In this document: positions 50,000 to 62,661 of the stretch, piece by piece
Layout: each line of letters begins with the position of its first letter
Numbering within the stretch: position 1 is the first letter of the stretch
From: Squalus acanthias
Taxonomy: Eukaryota
Length of the DNA: 64,000 bases
Reading direction: 5' to 3'
NCBI GenBank assembly: GCA_030390025.1
Contig: CM059432.1
Coordinates: 62,064,001 to 62,128,000 of the forward strand
The notes under the pieces: generated by a model
Database searches by the model: none
Told to the model about the DNA's origin: nothing
What the model saw: the letters and a program-made list of their open reading frames with translations, nothing else
Position numbers and translations under genes: made by a program

Positions 50000-50145
50000 C
50001 AGTGCAGTTCTGAGGATGTATTGCATTGTCAGAGGTCGCATCTTTTGGATGAGACATAAAACCAAGGCTCTGTCTGCCTGCTCAGGTAGACGTAAGAGAT
50101 AGCGTGGCAGGGAGTTTTCCCAAGTCCTGGCCAACATGCATCCTC
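50000..50145 (+). mobile_element. Deu-SINE internal fragment
   Basis: cagtgcag..tcttttggatgagac..ctcaggtagacgtaa..gtcctggccaa. Confidence 0.7.
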
Positions 50146-50149
50146 CAAG

Positions 50150-50530
50150 AAATACCATCTGGCAAATGCAAAGCCTAGTGCGGTGGCACGAGAGCACGAG
50201 TCATCGTTGGAGAAGAGGAGAAGCATAGGAAATGTGGCCGATACAGTCTGGCACAATTGGCTACAGCTGTGGGGGCGCCTTGGTGGAGGCAAAAAGCAGA
50301 CATTTCAGAAGCTCTGATGCTGAAGCTGGAGTCGTCAGAGCAGGTATAACTGAGATAGAAAAACTGGGAGAATGAGATGGAGCGTATACAAGAAGCGGGT
50401 TGAAAGAGGCATAATTCAGGTAGTTGTGGGAGCCTGTGAGATTGTAATAGATGTCTTTAAAAAACCTGTAAAGATGGAGAGAGGGAAGTCTTGTGAGGAG
50501 AATCAGAATTGGAACACATAAAGGGGTGAA
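50150..50530 (-). mobile_element. Old Penelope-like RT fragment
   Basis: Minus strand gives DIYY..TGSHNYLNYAS / SISFSQF / CSDDS.F..RASEMSAF, homologous to 5340-5510. Confidence 0.65.
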
Positions 50531-50944
50531 TGATAGGTGTCATTTTAAAGCATAGATAATAAAAGCCAGTTCATGAATTTAAATGATTTCTGTGATCTCT
50601 ATTTCCTTTATGAATGCAGTGATTAGGCATTTACTTTAAACTGGGTTGAATGATGACAAGGTGGCACTGCTAGTTGGAGCAACAGCACACAGTGCTGAGA
50701 AGTGGAGCACTTGGTTTTTGCCGTGCTGCCGTGGAGAGACGCTGCATGGTGGCCGGTCATTTCCCCACAAGGAATGGTGGAAAATTGGAGGAAGAGTCAT
50801 GTGTCCCCAGGCAAACTCTGGAATAGATTGATGAAAGCAGTTTGATCGCCTGTTCTCTCAACTGTAGATGGCGCATCATATGGGGAAAAAGCAGAGAATG
50901 TAGCTTTAAAAATGAGAGATGTAATTTGCACCAAAAAAAATAGG

Positions 50945-52193
50945 CAGATCGTGTTTGACTAATCTAATTGAATTTTTTGATGAAGTAACAGAGGATTGAT
51001 GAAGGGAATGCAATGGATGTTGTCTACATGGATTTTCGGAAGGCGTTTGACAAAGTACCACGTAGAAGGCTGGTTAACAAAATTGAGGCTCATGGAATAG
51101 GTGGGTCAATGGCAGCTTGGATAAGGAATTGGCTTAAGGACAGAAAACAGCGAGTTGTGGTAAATGGCTGTTTTACAGACTGGAGGATGGTAGACAGTGG
51201 TGTTCCCCAAGGGTCAGTGCTGGGGCCACTGCTTTTTTGATGTATATAAATGATCTGGATATTGGAATACAGAGTAGAATTTCTAAATTTGCCGATGACA
51301 CCAAACTTGGGGGTGTGGCAAACGATGAGGATGATACCAATCGACTGCAACAGGACATAGAAAGGCTAGCAGAATGGGCAGACAAGTGGTAGATGGAATT
51401 TAATACAGAGAAGTGTGAGGTGATGCATTTTGGCAGAAGGAACAGGGAGAGGCAATATACACTTAATGGCACAGTTTTAAAGAGTGTGCAGGGACAAAGG
51501 GACCTGGGAGTTAATGTGCATAAGTCCCTGACGATGGCAGGACATATTGAGAGAGTGGTTAGCAAAGCATATGGGATCTTGGGTTTCATAAATAGAGGTA
51601 TTAAGTACAAAAGTAGAGAAGTTATGCTGAACCTTTATAAAGCGCTGGTTAGGCCACAACTCAAGTATTCCAGTTCTGGGTCACCACCCTTTAGGAAGGA
51701 TGTGAAGGACCTTGAGAGGATGCAGAGGAGATTTACCAGAATGGTTCTGGGGATGGGGGATCTTAGCTACAAGGACAGGTTGGAGAAGCTGGATTTGTTT
51801 TCATTAGAGCAAAGGAGGTTGAGGGGTGATTTGATAGAGTTGTGCAAGATTAAGACGGGTTTGGATAGGCTAGATGGGGAAAGGCTGTTCCCACTAGTTG
51901 ATGGTACAAGGACTAGGGGACACAGATTTAAGGTTTTGGGCAAGACATACAGGGGGGATGTGAGGAAAAGCTTTTTTACGCAGCGAGTGGCGATGACCTG
52001 GAATTCGCTGCCGACGGAAGTGGTGGAAACGGAGACACTCAATGTTTTCAAGGGGAGACTGGATAGGCACTTGAGGGATGTAAACTTGCAGGGCTACGGG
52101 GATAGAGCGGGGGAATGGGACTGACTGGATTGCTCTACAGTGAGCCGGCACGGACTCGATGGACCGAATGGCCTCCTTCTGTGCCATATGACT
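50945..52193 (+). mobile_element. CR1 LINE, 5'-truncated
   Basis: [25 protein letters not shown], 243-aa C-terminal ORF, 3'UTR ending tatgact. Confidence 0.92.
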
Positions 52194-53964
52194 AGGATAA
52201 GTAGAGCTGTTTGTGAAAGTGAGAAGAATATTGTGATAGCACAGCAGACAGAGCCTTTCTGAATATGGTGAGACCATGGTCTGGTTAAAACAAAGTACGA
52301 CAAATGTGTGCTCTTCCCAAAAATTGTGAGAACTTTCTTTTCTACATTGTTGTCTTGTGTCTTATTATACCCATGCACTGTGGGGAAGAATTCAGTTTTC
52401 AAAATTTATATATAGAGGTCATGCATGGAGCACATTGAACTGAGGAGGACAGAGTTCTTCCCAGTTATCAGCAAAATTCAGTTATGAACTTTGCTGACCG
52501 ATAGCTTGCAGCATTCCACTGCAACGTGTTCCAGTATAGTTTGTATTTTTCAATTTTCAGAACAAAATGTGCAACTTGTCAGGTCTTGTCTTGCATGGTA
52601 ACAACTTAAATGAACTCTGAAGAGCTCATTGCACAAACATTTAGGATGAATATTCAAAGATACAGTATGTACTCAGTTTAATGTTTATGCCCCAACTCAA
52701 TGGAAAAAGCTTGAAATTGTTCATTAATTTTCTTCCCCTCCCCCAAAAGCATAAAATTAGCATTGTGTACAATGTGATACATTTTGTGTGCTCATGAACC
52801 AGTGTTTTTCAGCCGAATTATCTTTGTTGTGTCATTTGCAAGATGGTAACCATTTGTTTTGGAACTGTAGAAAAATTAAGTGACTTTATATGCAACTTTA
52901 TGATCAACCCTTTTGATTTGAGCTGAGTGATCAGTATTAGGAGAATAATTAAAAAATAATGTAAGCTTTTGGGAAGTACAGCAGTATATAGCACCAGAGC
53001 GACCAGGTTTTGTGCCTTCATTCTGGTGAGTTGTAAGTCTCATCTGTATCATTGTAAGATGGTGCCGAGTGGAGACGAGATGCTTCCCCACAGGGAGGCA
53101 GGGGAAATTGGTACGTGCAGCTGAGCACATCCTGCCAACTTCAGAGCAGCAGTGGCAGAGACCCGAGAGCTGGTTGTATTTCAACTTCAAGGCCTGTCCA
53201 GTGCATAGCTTGGGAAAGAAAATGGGATTAAATGTATGTTTATGTTGGGAGAGGAATTAGAATGTAAGATGCTCTCCAAACAAATGGTAAACAAGGTTTG
53301 AATAATCCTCATAAGCCACAGGTATGGTAAGTCTGCAGAACTGACACTTGTTGAAAAGGTGAAAAGTTTCACCTTACAGAAAGGATATTAAAGTTTTTCT
53401 TTTTTACAGAACCCTCCTCTTCCTCAACAGTTCTCGTAAGCGGACCTTATCCCCTATGATCTGACAACCGTATCTTGACTGTATTCTGTCCTCACTTGCA
53501 ATAATCTGTTTACTGGATTTAATTTAGTCTCATGCTACACCATCAAACTCTTTGCAATAGGAAATATTACCACTCAGATCAGAAGTTTATAGAATAAAAC
53601 AACTTATAACTAAATACTAATGAAGCATAAAATAAACAAATATCTCTGGTTGCTGACGTGGCACATTTAGTTGGTTTTGTCTTAGAAATCTTTCTGTATC
53701 AGTGTATCATAACGTATCCCTGAACCAGGGCAACCAAGCTCAATGCAAACTTCTCTTGGGCACTCTGCAGCCCTCTGATTTGAACAGTGACTTCAGAACA
53801 ACTTTATGCCACATTTTCCAACACTAGCCTTCATTTTAAACTTGTATCTATAGACAGTCTGTGCTTTTTCCCCCCCCAAATTGCCTCTCGCCATCTTAAC
53901 AGTTGTATGTTATTTTGTTCTTCAAGTGTCTTTTGTTCCATCACTGAGGTGATGCTCTTTTTTA

Positions 53965-54345
53965 AAATAAAAACAGAAAATGCTGGAAACACTCAACATG
54001 TCGGGCAGCATCTTTGGAGAGAGTGACAGTTAATGTTTCAGGTCGATGACCTTCCATCAGAACTGGAAGAAATTTGTTATATTTATTATTTAGCATTTTC
54101 TGCTTTAATTTAAGCAGATCTCAGGTCATTTAACCCAACTTCCTCTCTATGATTGGAGTTGTTTTTTTGTTTCTCCTCCCCCTTTTCCCAATTCTACTAA
54201 ACTGCTTATCTTTTGCTTTTCAGTTCTGAGGAAAATTTCTACTCAAAACTTTAACTTCACTCTGCAGACTGTCACCAACCTGCTGCATATTTCCAGCATT
54301 TTCTATTTCTGTTTGATTTTCAGCATTTGCAATTTTTCTTTTTGG
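53965..54345. mobile_element. Non-autonomous element with two inverted Penelope terminal repeats
   Basis: Minus-strand arm with a mutated hammerhead (CUGAUGG..AGGUCaucGACCU-GAAACAUU, 54027-54065) and a degraded plus-strand arm from ~54220. Confidence 0.75.
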
Positions 54346-55714
54346 TTAAAAGTGGGCCTTTCATCTAATCACTCACCAGAATTTAATCCTTCAGATATCA
54401 AAATCAATACTGCTATTAGCCTGTTTTGTGTAGAGAATCTCAACAAATTAATCAAATTTCCTACATATATACTGCTACAGATGACCCAAATACAAAGTTG
54501 AATCCTGGAAGCTGTTAACATTTTGTGTGAAATGTCACATATAAAATCTTTAGATGAAATAATTTATTTCACATAAAATGTATATTCCCCCTGCTAATTA
54601 TATCGAGGGGGAAAAAAAATGATGTTTTGATCAAAAGAGATGATATTTTTAACTAAGTAACGAGTGATATCTCGCCAGGGAGTTTGGCGTTTAAACTGCT
54701 TTAGCTCAAACTAGTTGCTCGGTTTTTGAATGAGATAGGTTAAAATAAAATAAGAGTTGCCATAAAGGATATGTGCATACTAAGTGAAAGAATTTATCTC
54801 AAGATCATGATTAGCATCTTGCAATAGCTGAAGTCCTTTTGTCTCTGTTTATTGTGTTGCTAAATTCTGTGTTTAACTTTATAGATGCAGTTCAGTTCAG
54901 AGAACATGCAGCAGCTATTTTAGCATTTCTGTTTCAATATAACTTGAACTAGTGGAGGTTAATGCTTTTGTCTCTTCACATATGACCTGAACCTAGCTTT
55001 TCATATGTTTTTGTAAGCCCAAGGTTACATGTGACTCAAAATACCTATCTTAGAAAAGAGCTACTTTGGCGGGACTCATATCTACTAGCAAAATGACAAG
55101 CCTGGTACCAAGAGTCCTTTCTAGATTTTTAAGACGAGTACTTCTATCTTGCCATAAATTCCTACCAGAGGTGGTTCTGCATTCCATCGGGGTCATGAGT
55201 TTATTCATTTGCCCCCCCTTTTTTTGCCCACAAACCGACTGCGGCTGCAATTCAAAATAATTAATTGGCTTTGAAGTGCCTTAGGACGTCCTGAGGACAT
55301 GAAAGGCACTATATAAATGTAAGCCTGTTTTCTTCCCCGTAGCTCAGAGGTGGCGTAGACATTCCAACTTTCTTGGTATGTGCGGAGAGCTCTACTGTTC
55401 TCTGGACAGGATAATGAAGTCCAAATAATTGCATTTCTTGTGGGAATTGCAATTTAGAGTGTACTGGTAGAAACTGATCAGATGTCTTGCAAAATATTTT
55501 CTTTATAGTTATGTTAACAGACAGAACTACCTTTGAGGCTTTTCATGAGGCAATTATAAATATGCCTGCTCCAAAAGATTCCAACTTGCTGACCTGAAAA
55601 GTTTCCACTTGAAGCAGTGTATATGTATTTTTTTTTGATTTGTTCATGGGATGTGGGCATCGCTGGCAAGGCCAGCATTTATTGTCCATCCATTTAGCAA
55701 GCATTACTGCACAA

Positions 55715-55955
55715 AGTGGAGGAGAAGCATCCGGGAAGGCGCCGAACACCTCGAGTCTCTTCGCCGGGAGCAAGCGCAAGGAGCGCACGTCAACCCAAGC
55801 ACCCCACCCACCCGCCCCTTCAACCACCGTCTGCCCCACAAGTGACAGAGACTGTAGGTCCCACATTGGACTCATCAGTCACCTGAGAACTCATTTTTAA
55901 TGTGGAAGCAAGTCATCCTCGGTTCCGAGGGACTGCCTAAAAAGGAAGAAGATGA
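55715..55955 (+). mobile_element. RTE-clade LINE 3' end, beside a family-B tail (~55630-55690, minus strand)
   Basis: KWRRSIREG..KRKER..CPTSDRDCRSHIGLISHLRTH C-terminal zinc-finger-like motif and (gaa)n-like tail. Confidence 0.75.
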
Positions 55956-56456
55956 TTTGCTAATCATCTTGGAGTGTAGTATTTATGTCAGTTGTAACCT
56001 GATTTTACCTCCCTGCCCTACCTCCACTAGTAAAGTTTCTGGCATCAGTTATTTAATTTTCTTTTTTTCCTCAAGGGGCTGGATCACCTGTGTTTTGGGC
56101 TACTGCTGAAGATTGGAAAGCGAGATTGTTTTGCAAGATAATGGAACAGTGGTTGTATCATTTGAGTTTCCTTGATGGTTGTGGGTACAGCTCACAAAGA
56201 TGATGAGGCCAATTAAAGGCTGTCTCTATACTTACAGTAGGATAATTCCTTCCATAGGCAGTCTAAAAAAACCTAATCTTATGGAGCAACATGTACCCTC
56301 TCTACTGCTAAGGCAAACTCTGAACAGTTAAGGTGCTGTAAGAAACTGCTCTACTCTAGGTGAGTTATCCACCTTTTCCATTCAGTTGCAGTGCATAGGA
56401 CACTGCTGCAAATTGCCTTCATAAATTGGATGCCCACCTGCTTCTCTCTGGCTGCA

Positions 56457-58085
56457 GTGTCAGCCGTGGCTCAGTTGGTAGCACCCTCGCCTCTGAGACA
56501 GTAGGTCGTGGGTTCAAGTCCCACTCCAGAGACTTGAGCACAAAAATCTAGGCTGACACTCCAGTGCAGTACCGAGGGAGTGCTGCACTGGTCGGAGGTG
56601 CCGTCTTTCGGATGAGACGTTAAACCGAGACCCCGTCTATTCTCTCAGGTGGACGTAAAAGATCCCATGGCAATATTTCGAAGAGGAGCAGTGGAGTTAT
56701 CCTGGTGTCATGGCCAATATTTATCCATCAATCAACATAACAAGAAACAGATTATCTGGTCATTATCATAGAGTCATAACGGCACAGAAGGAGGCCATTC
56801 GGCCCATCGAGTCCGCGCCGGCTCACTGCAGAGCAATACAGTCAGTCCCATTCCCCCGCTCTATCCCCGTAGCCCTGCAAGTTTATTTCCCTAAAGTGCC
56901 TATCCAGTCTCCCCTTGAAAACATTGATTGTCTCCGCTTCCACCACATCCGTTGGCAGCGAGTTCCAGATCCTCACCACTCGCTGCGTAAAAAAGTTTTC
57001 CCTCACATCCATCCCCCCTGTATCTCTTGCCCAAAACCTTAAATCTTGTGTCCCCTAGTCCTTGTGCCATCAACTAGTGGGAACAGCCTTTCTCTGTCTA
57101 GCCTATCCAAACCCGTCATAATCTTGTACACCTCTATCAAATCACCCCTCAACCTCCTTTGTTCAATGAAAACCAAGTCCAGCTTCTCCAACCTGTCCTT
57201 GTAGCTAAGATCTCCCATCCCCGGAACCATTCTGGTAAATCTCCTCTGCACCCTCTCAAGGGCCTTCACATCCTTCCTGAAGTGTGGTGACCAGAACTGG
57301 ATGCAATACTCCAGTTGTGGCCCAACCAGTTGTGGCCTAACCAGCACTTTATAAAGGTTCAGCATAACTTCTCTGCTTTTGTACTCAATACCTCTATTTA
57401 TGAAGCCTAAGATCCCATATGCTTTGCTAACCAATCTCCCAATGTCCTGCCACCTTCAGGGACCTATGCACATTAACTCCCAGGTCCCTCTGCCCCTGCA
57501 CACTCTTTAAAATTGTGCCATTAAGTGTATATTGCCTCTCCCTGTTCCTTCTGCCAAAATGCATCACCTCACACTTCTCCGTATTAAATTCCGTCTGCTA
57601 GCCTATCTATGTCCTGTTGCAGTCGATTGGCATCATCTTCACTGTTTGCCACACCCCCAAGTTTGGTGTCATCGGCAAATTTAGAAATTCTACTCTGTAT
57701 TCCAATATCCAGGTCATTTATATATTTTATATCTCAAAAAAAGCAGTGGCCCCAGCACTGACCCTTGGGGAACACCACTGTCTACCATCCTCCAGTCTGA
57801 AAAACAGCCATTTACCACAACTCGCTGTTTTCTGTCCTTAAGCCAATTCCTTATCCAAGCTGCCACTGACCCACCTATTCCATGAGCCTCAATTTTGTTA
57901 ACCAGCCTTCTACGTGGTACTTTATCACATTGTTGTTTGTAGGAGTTTGCTATGCGCAAATTGGCTGCTGTGTTTCTTGCATTACGTCAGTGACTACACT
58001 TCAAAAAGTACTTCATTGGCTGTAAAGTGATTTGGGACATCCGGTGGTCGTGAAAGGTGCTATATAAATGAAAGTCTTTCGTTTC
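56457..58085 (+). mobile_element. Deu-SINE split by a CR1 insertion (SINE parts 56457-56768 and 57922-58085)
   Basis: SINE sequence stops at ctggtcattatca and resumes at ttatcacattg. Confidence 0.88.
56769..57921 (-). mobile_element. CR1 LINE, 5'-truncated; same subfamily as 50945-52193
   Basis: DKVPRRRLVNKIEAHGIGGS.. near-identical to the 51013 ORF; ttatca repeated at both junctions. Confidence 0.92.
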
Positions 58086-58111
58086 TAATTTAAAGCCTGA
58101 GTATAGCTATA

Positions 58112-59415
58112 GGTGTCAACTGTGCCTCAGTAGTAGCATTCTTGCCTCTGAGTCAGAAGGTTGTGGGTTCAAGTTCCACTCCAGAGCCTTGAGCACCGAA
58201 TCTAGGCTGACACTGCCGTCTTTCAAATGAGACATTAAACTGAGACTCCGTCTGCCCCCTCAGATGGGTGTAAAAGATCCTGTGCCACTATGTTGAAGAG
58301 CTGGGGAGTTCTCCCTGGTGGTCTGGCCAATATTTATCCCACAACCAACATCACTAAAACTGATTGGGGGAAAAATTCAGTTGGTTGCGCCTCCAGTTAG
58401 CGCCTTAAGAGGGCGCTAATGGGGCGCAAAGCAACTAGCGCCCGGGTGTGGCGATGTTTGCGCTGCTCGCGAAATTAACTAGGCATTTTGCGGCGGCGCT
58501 AAACATTACCGCCACGATCTCCTGCGCCGGCAGATCGTGACGTCAGTCGAGTGCGCAACGCCCCGGAGCGGATATTGAGTGGCACCCCCTGCCTTACCGC
58601 CTGCCGTTAGCAACGACAGGTTGAGGGGAGCGTTTTGCAGTCCGGAAGGGACTGGGGGAGCGCTATTTAAAGGCGACCGCTTCCTGCCTTTTATTGTTGG
58701 TGACATTTTTGAACCACGCATTCTGAGAAAGAGAGAGAGACTTCTGGAGAGATTAAATGCTGTGTGAAGGAGTTTTGGGTACTGAGCAGCACTTTGCAGG
58801 TTCATTTTGATTTGCCCTTCCTTGTATCGATTTAGAAGAGAGTGTGGGGGCTGCACTCTGAGCTCTTTCCCTGGTACTCTCCATTGTCCTTTCCAGCAGA
58901 TTTGATGTACAGGTCTCTCCAGGCCGAGATTCAAGGCTGCAATGAGCAGGATGTGGATGGAAAGCAAGATCAACCCTCCCCTTTAAGAACTGGCCAGCGC
59001 CATTGTGTGTGTGTGTTCCATTGCTGACTGACATCATATGAGCTTCGCCAGTGCTCTGAGGTAGCTCCTCGGCCTTTGCGCCTTAAGACAGGTGTGAAGC
59101 GCCTGATTTAGCGCTCCAATCACCTCCAGGGGCGATAAAAGTCAAGTTTGCAGTCGGAGGCGATAATTAGCGCCAGGCGCTAATCTTTGCGCCCGGCCGA
59201 TAATTGCGCCCCAAATGGGGCGATACTGAATTTCTCCCCCATTATCTGGTCATTATCACATTGCTGTTTGTGGGACCTTGCTGTGTGCAAATTGGCTGCC
59301 GCATTTCCTATGTTACAACAGTGACTACACTTCAAAAGTACTTCATTGGCTGTAAAGCGTATTGAGACATCCTGAGGCCGTGAAAGGCGCTATATAAATG
59401 CAAGTCTTTTCTTTT
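58112..59415 (+). mobile_element. Deu-SINE split by a MITE (SINE parts 58112-58365 and 59241-59415)
   Basis: SINE stops at aaaactgatt and resumes at attatctggtc. Confidence 0.88.
58366..59240. mobile_element. Harbinger-type MITE, 875 bp, ATT target duplication
   Basis: TIRs GGGGGAAAAATTCAG / CTGAATTTCTCCCCC; the host SINE consensus fixes the empty site and gives a 3-bp TSD. Confidence 0.92.
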
Positions 59416-60575
59416 TGAAGCCAGTCAAGCAGAATGCAGGTAAGTGGGACATCCGCTTTATAGGAATGGCCCAATTAGACCTAATTTCCTCAGCTGTTTG
59501 TTGATTTTAAAATAGCTGAGTTGCACAACTGACTGAATCCTAGTAGACTGGGAAGATTGCAAACAGAACTGTCAACTGTGGGGTGAAGTGATCAGTTAAT
59601 TGGAACACAAAAGTTCGCTGATGGAGCAACATCAGCAGTAGTTAAAATATCTGGTGTTGATGCTCCCTTTTTCTTCTAGATAGGATGCATTGTCTCACAC
59701 AATTTTTAAAAAACATCAGATATTGCAGCTTAAAAGAAATGTCAACTAGATAATGTCTTTTAAAATATTTTCTGTGTGCGAAATATGTTCTCTGTCTGCG
59801 ATCATTCTCATTTTAGTGTTACCAGCAATTACAACACAATGCATAGCATATTAAAGCTATCTTGGTATGGTTTATGTGGAAGGAAAGTGTTATTCAAGAC
59901 ATGAGTGCAATGCAGAGTGGTATGTGGTTATCAGAAAATGAGACACGCCCTGCAGTTAGACAGAAACGTTGACCCTTGAGAAGCTGAAGATGGACACTGC
60001 TTGCAAAATACTGATAATATCTTAGTGGTGTGAAAAGCCACAATAAGTTGCTAAGAATGTATTAAAAACAGCAAGTTACAAGTGAGACTTCATTTGACTA
60101 TAACTTCCTGCCATATTTTTCTTTTGCAACTTGGTCATTTTTAACAGCAATTTAAGAACTTAAATGGGGATTTTAAATAAAACATTAAACAGGACATACG
60201 TGGAACAATTTATTTAAGGAAAAACTTTTCTGGAAGTAAAGATAATTGAAGATGAAAAGAAAGCTGGCCGGGTGAATTGTAGTGGACATTTAGGCGAATA
60301 AGACTTACCTGGGTGTGTTAGTTGAAGTCAATGTATTAAAGAACAAGTGGGGCAAGGAGCTGAAGAACATCAGAAGCTAACAGTGTAGTAAAACTAGCTT
60401 TTGTTTTCAAAGACCGTAGTATATCTAATGCAGCAGCTGATACAGGCTGTGTCTTAGTTCATGAAATAATTGAGCACACAAAATTTGAGTACTAAACAAT
60501 TCATAGAACCTTGGACCCATTAAAATAAGAGCTGAGAAGTTGCAATGGAAATTTTTGAACACTTAAAAAGCTAAT

Positions 60576-61333
60576 GGGCCAGAAATTCGGCACTTACTGG
60601 GTGAGTACGCGCTGTGTACTCACCCGTAAGGCCACCTGAAGTGCCGGTTTCCTGCATGCACTGCGCATGCGCGGGAAACCGGAACTTCCGGTCTCGTGAA
60701 GGGAGGGGTTCAGAGGTGAACCGCGTGTGCGGGAGAGGCTGCGCACACGCAGCGAACTTCGGTTTTTTTTCAGGTTTCTCCGGGAAGGTAAGTATGGAAG
60801 AAGCTGCGTTTTTAAAAGAGGCGCAAGACCCGTTTTTAACAAGGTAAGTGGTTAATTAATTACAATTTAAAAAAAATTTCAACAGGTTTATCTTTTTTAG
60901 ATACTTTAAAGAAAGGTAAGTTTATTTTTAGCACTGTTAAAAAGTATTTTAATTTTTCAAAAATTTAAATTTTTGTTTAAAGTAGTTAATTTATTTAACT
61001 CAGTTATTTTAAAAATGTGATGTTTTTTTTTAATTTATTTAAAGTTTAGGTGTTGTTTTGGGGCCGATTTCAATTCATAGATTTGACAGTCTTCCTGTCA
61101 AATCTATGAATGAAAGATGGTCTGCTGCCATTGGCTCTCCATGGCCCACGTGATCCCAGGGGACGCATCGCACTAACTACTCCCCTGGGATACACAAGCA
61201 CTGCGCGCCGGCAGCTGCAGGAGGCCCAGGAGCTGAAGTCCCCGTGGGCCCAGAGGTCAACGGCAGGCGCGGTAGGTAGGTGCGCGCGCGATCCTTACAC
61301 CCGCGGGAAGCCAGGGAGCCGAATTTCTGGCCC
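60576..61333. mobile_element. Harbinger-type MITE, 758 bp, AAT target duplication
   Basis: Perfect 16-bp TIR GGGCCAGAAATTCGGC; AAT at 60573-60575 and 61334-61336. Confidence 0.92.
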
Positions 61334-61589
61334 AATGTTATTCCACACTTTTCTTTAAAAGTCCATACGTGTCCTTCAAGTTATGGTTCTGTTAGCTTGA
61401 CTACAGTATGGAAAATTGTTAATGGCCTATTTTCCAATTGGTGTTATTTATTGCCATTTTAATAAATTAGATAATGACTTTTGGAAATTATACCCTTTGA
61501 AGACTGTTATAAAGAAAATTTAGTACAAATCAAGACAATAAATTCAAGTCACCTTGAGTTCATAAAAGGTAGAGGACATCTACCAGTAT

Positions 61590-62655
61590 TTTTTTTATTC
61601 ATTCATGGGATGTTGGCGCCAGCATTTGCCTATCTCTAATTGCCTTTGAGAAAGTGGTGATGAGCTGCCTTCTTGAATCGCTGCAGTCCTTGTGCTGAAG
61701 GTGGTCCCACAGTACTGTTAGGGAGGGAATTCCAGGATTTTGACCCAGCAACGAAGAAGGAACGTCTATATATTTCCAAGTCAGGGTGGTGTGTGACTTG
61801 GAGGGGACCTTGGAGGTGATGGTGTTCCCATGCGTCTGCTGCCCTCCTTCTTCAAGGTGGTAGAGGTCGCGAGTTTGGGAGGTGCTGTTGAAGCCTTGGC
61901 GAGGTGCTGCAGTGCATCTTGTAGATGGTACAAACTACAGACATGGTGTGCCATGGTGGAGGGAGTGAATGTTTAAGGTGGTGGATTGGGTACCAATCAA
62001 GCGGGCTGCTTTGTCCTGGATGGTGTCGAGCTTCTTGAGTGTTGTTGGAGCTGCACTCATCCAGGCAAGTGCATTCCATCACTCTCCTGACTTGTGCCTT
62101 GTAGATGGTGGAAAGGCTTTGGGGAGTCAGGAGGGGATGCACTCACCACAGAATACCCAGCCTCTGACCTGCTCTTGTAGCCACAGTATTCATGTGGCTG
62201 GTCCAGTTATGTTTCTGGTCAATGGTGACCCCCAGGATGTTGATGGTGGGGGATTTGACGATGATAATGTTGTTGAATGTCAAGGGGAAGCGGTTAGACT
62301 TTCTCTTGTTGGAGATAGGCATTGCCTAGCACTTGCGTGGCGCGAATGTTACTTGCTACTTTTCAGCCCACTCGTAAAGGTCATCCAGGTCTTGCTACAT
62401 GCGGGCAGGGACTGGATCATTATCTGAGGAGTTGCGAATGGAACTGAACACTGTGCAATCATCAGCAAACTTCCCCACTTCTGTCCTTATGATGGAGGGA
62501 AGGTCATTGATGAAGCAGCTTATGATGGTTGTGCCTAGGACACTGCCCTAAGGAGCTCTTGCAGCAATGTCCTGGGGCTGAGATGATTGGCCTGCAACAG
62601 CCACAACCATCTTCCTTTGTGCTAGGTATGACTCCAGCCAGTGGAGAGTTTTCCT
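61590..62655 (-). mobile_element. LINE family B 3' fragment
   Basis: Family tail; TLHWLESYLAQRKMVVAV at its 5' limit. Confidence 0.88.
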
Positions 62656-62661
62656 CCTGAT

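Noticed and set aside
53410..53435. 26-nt micro-exon candidate (ttttttacag|...|gtaagc)
   Set aside because: Splice-like signals only; no recognisable SPIDR similarity and not frame-preserving. Would need RNA-seq support.
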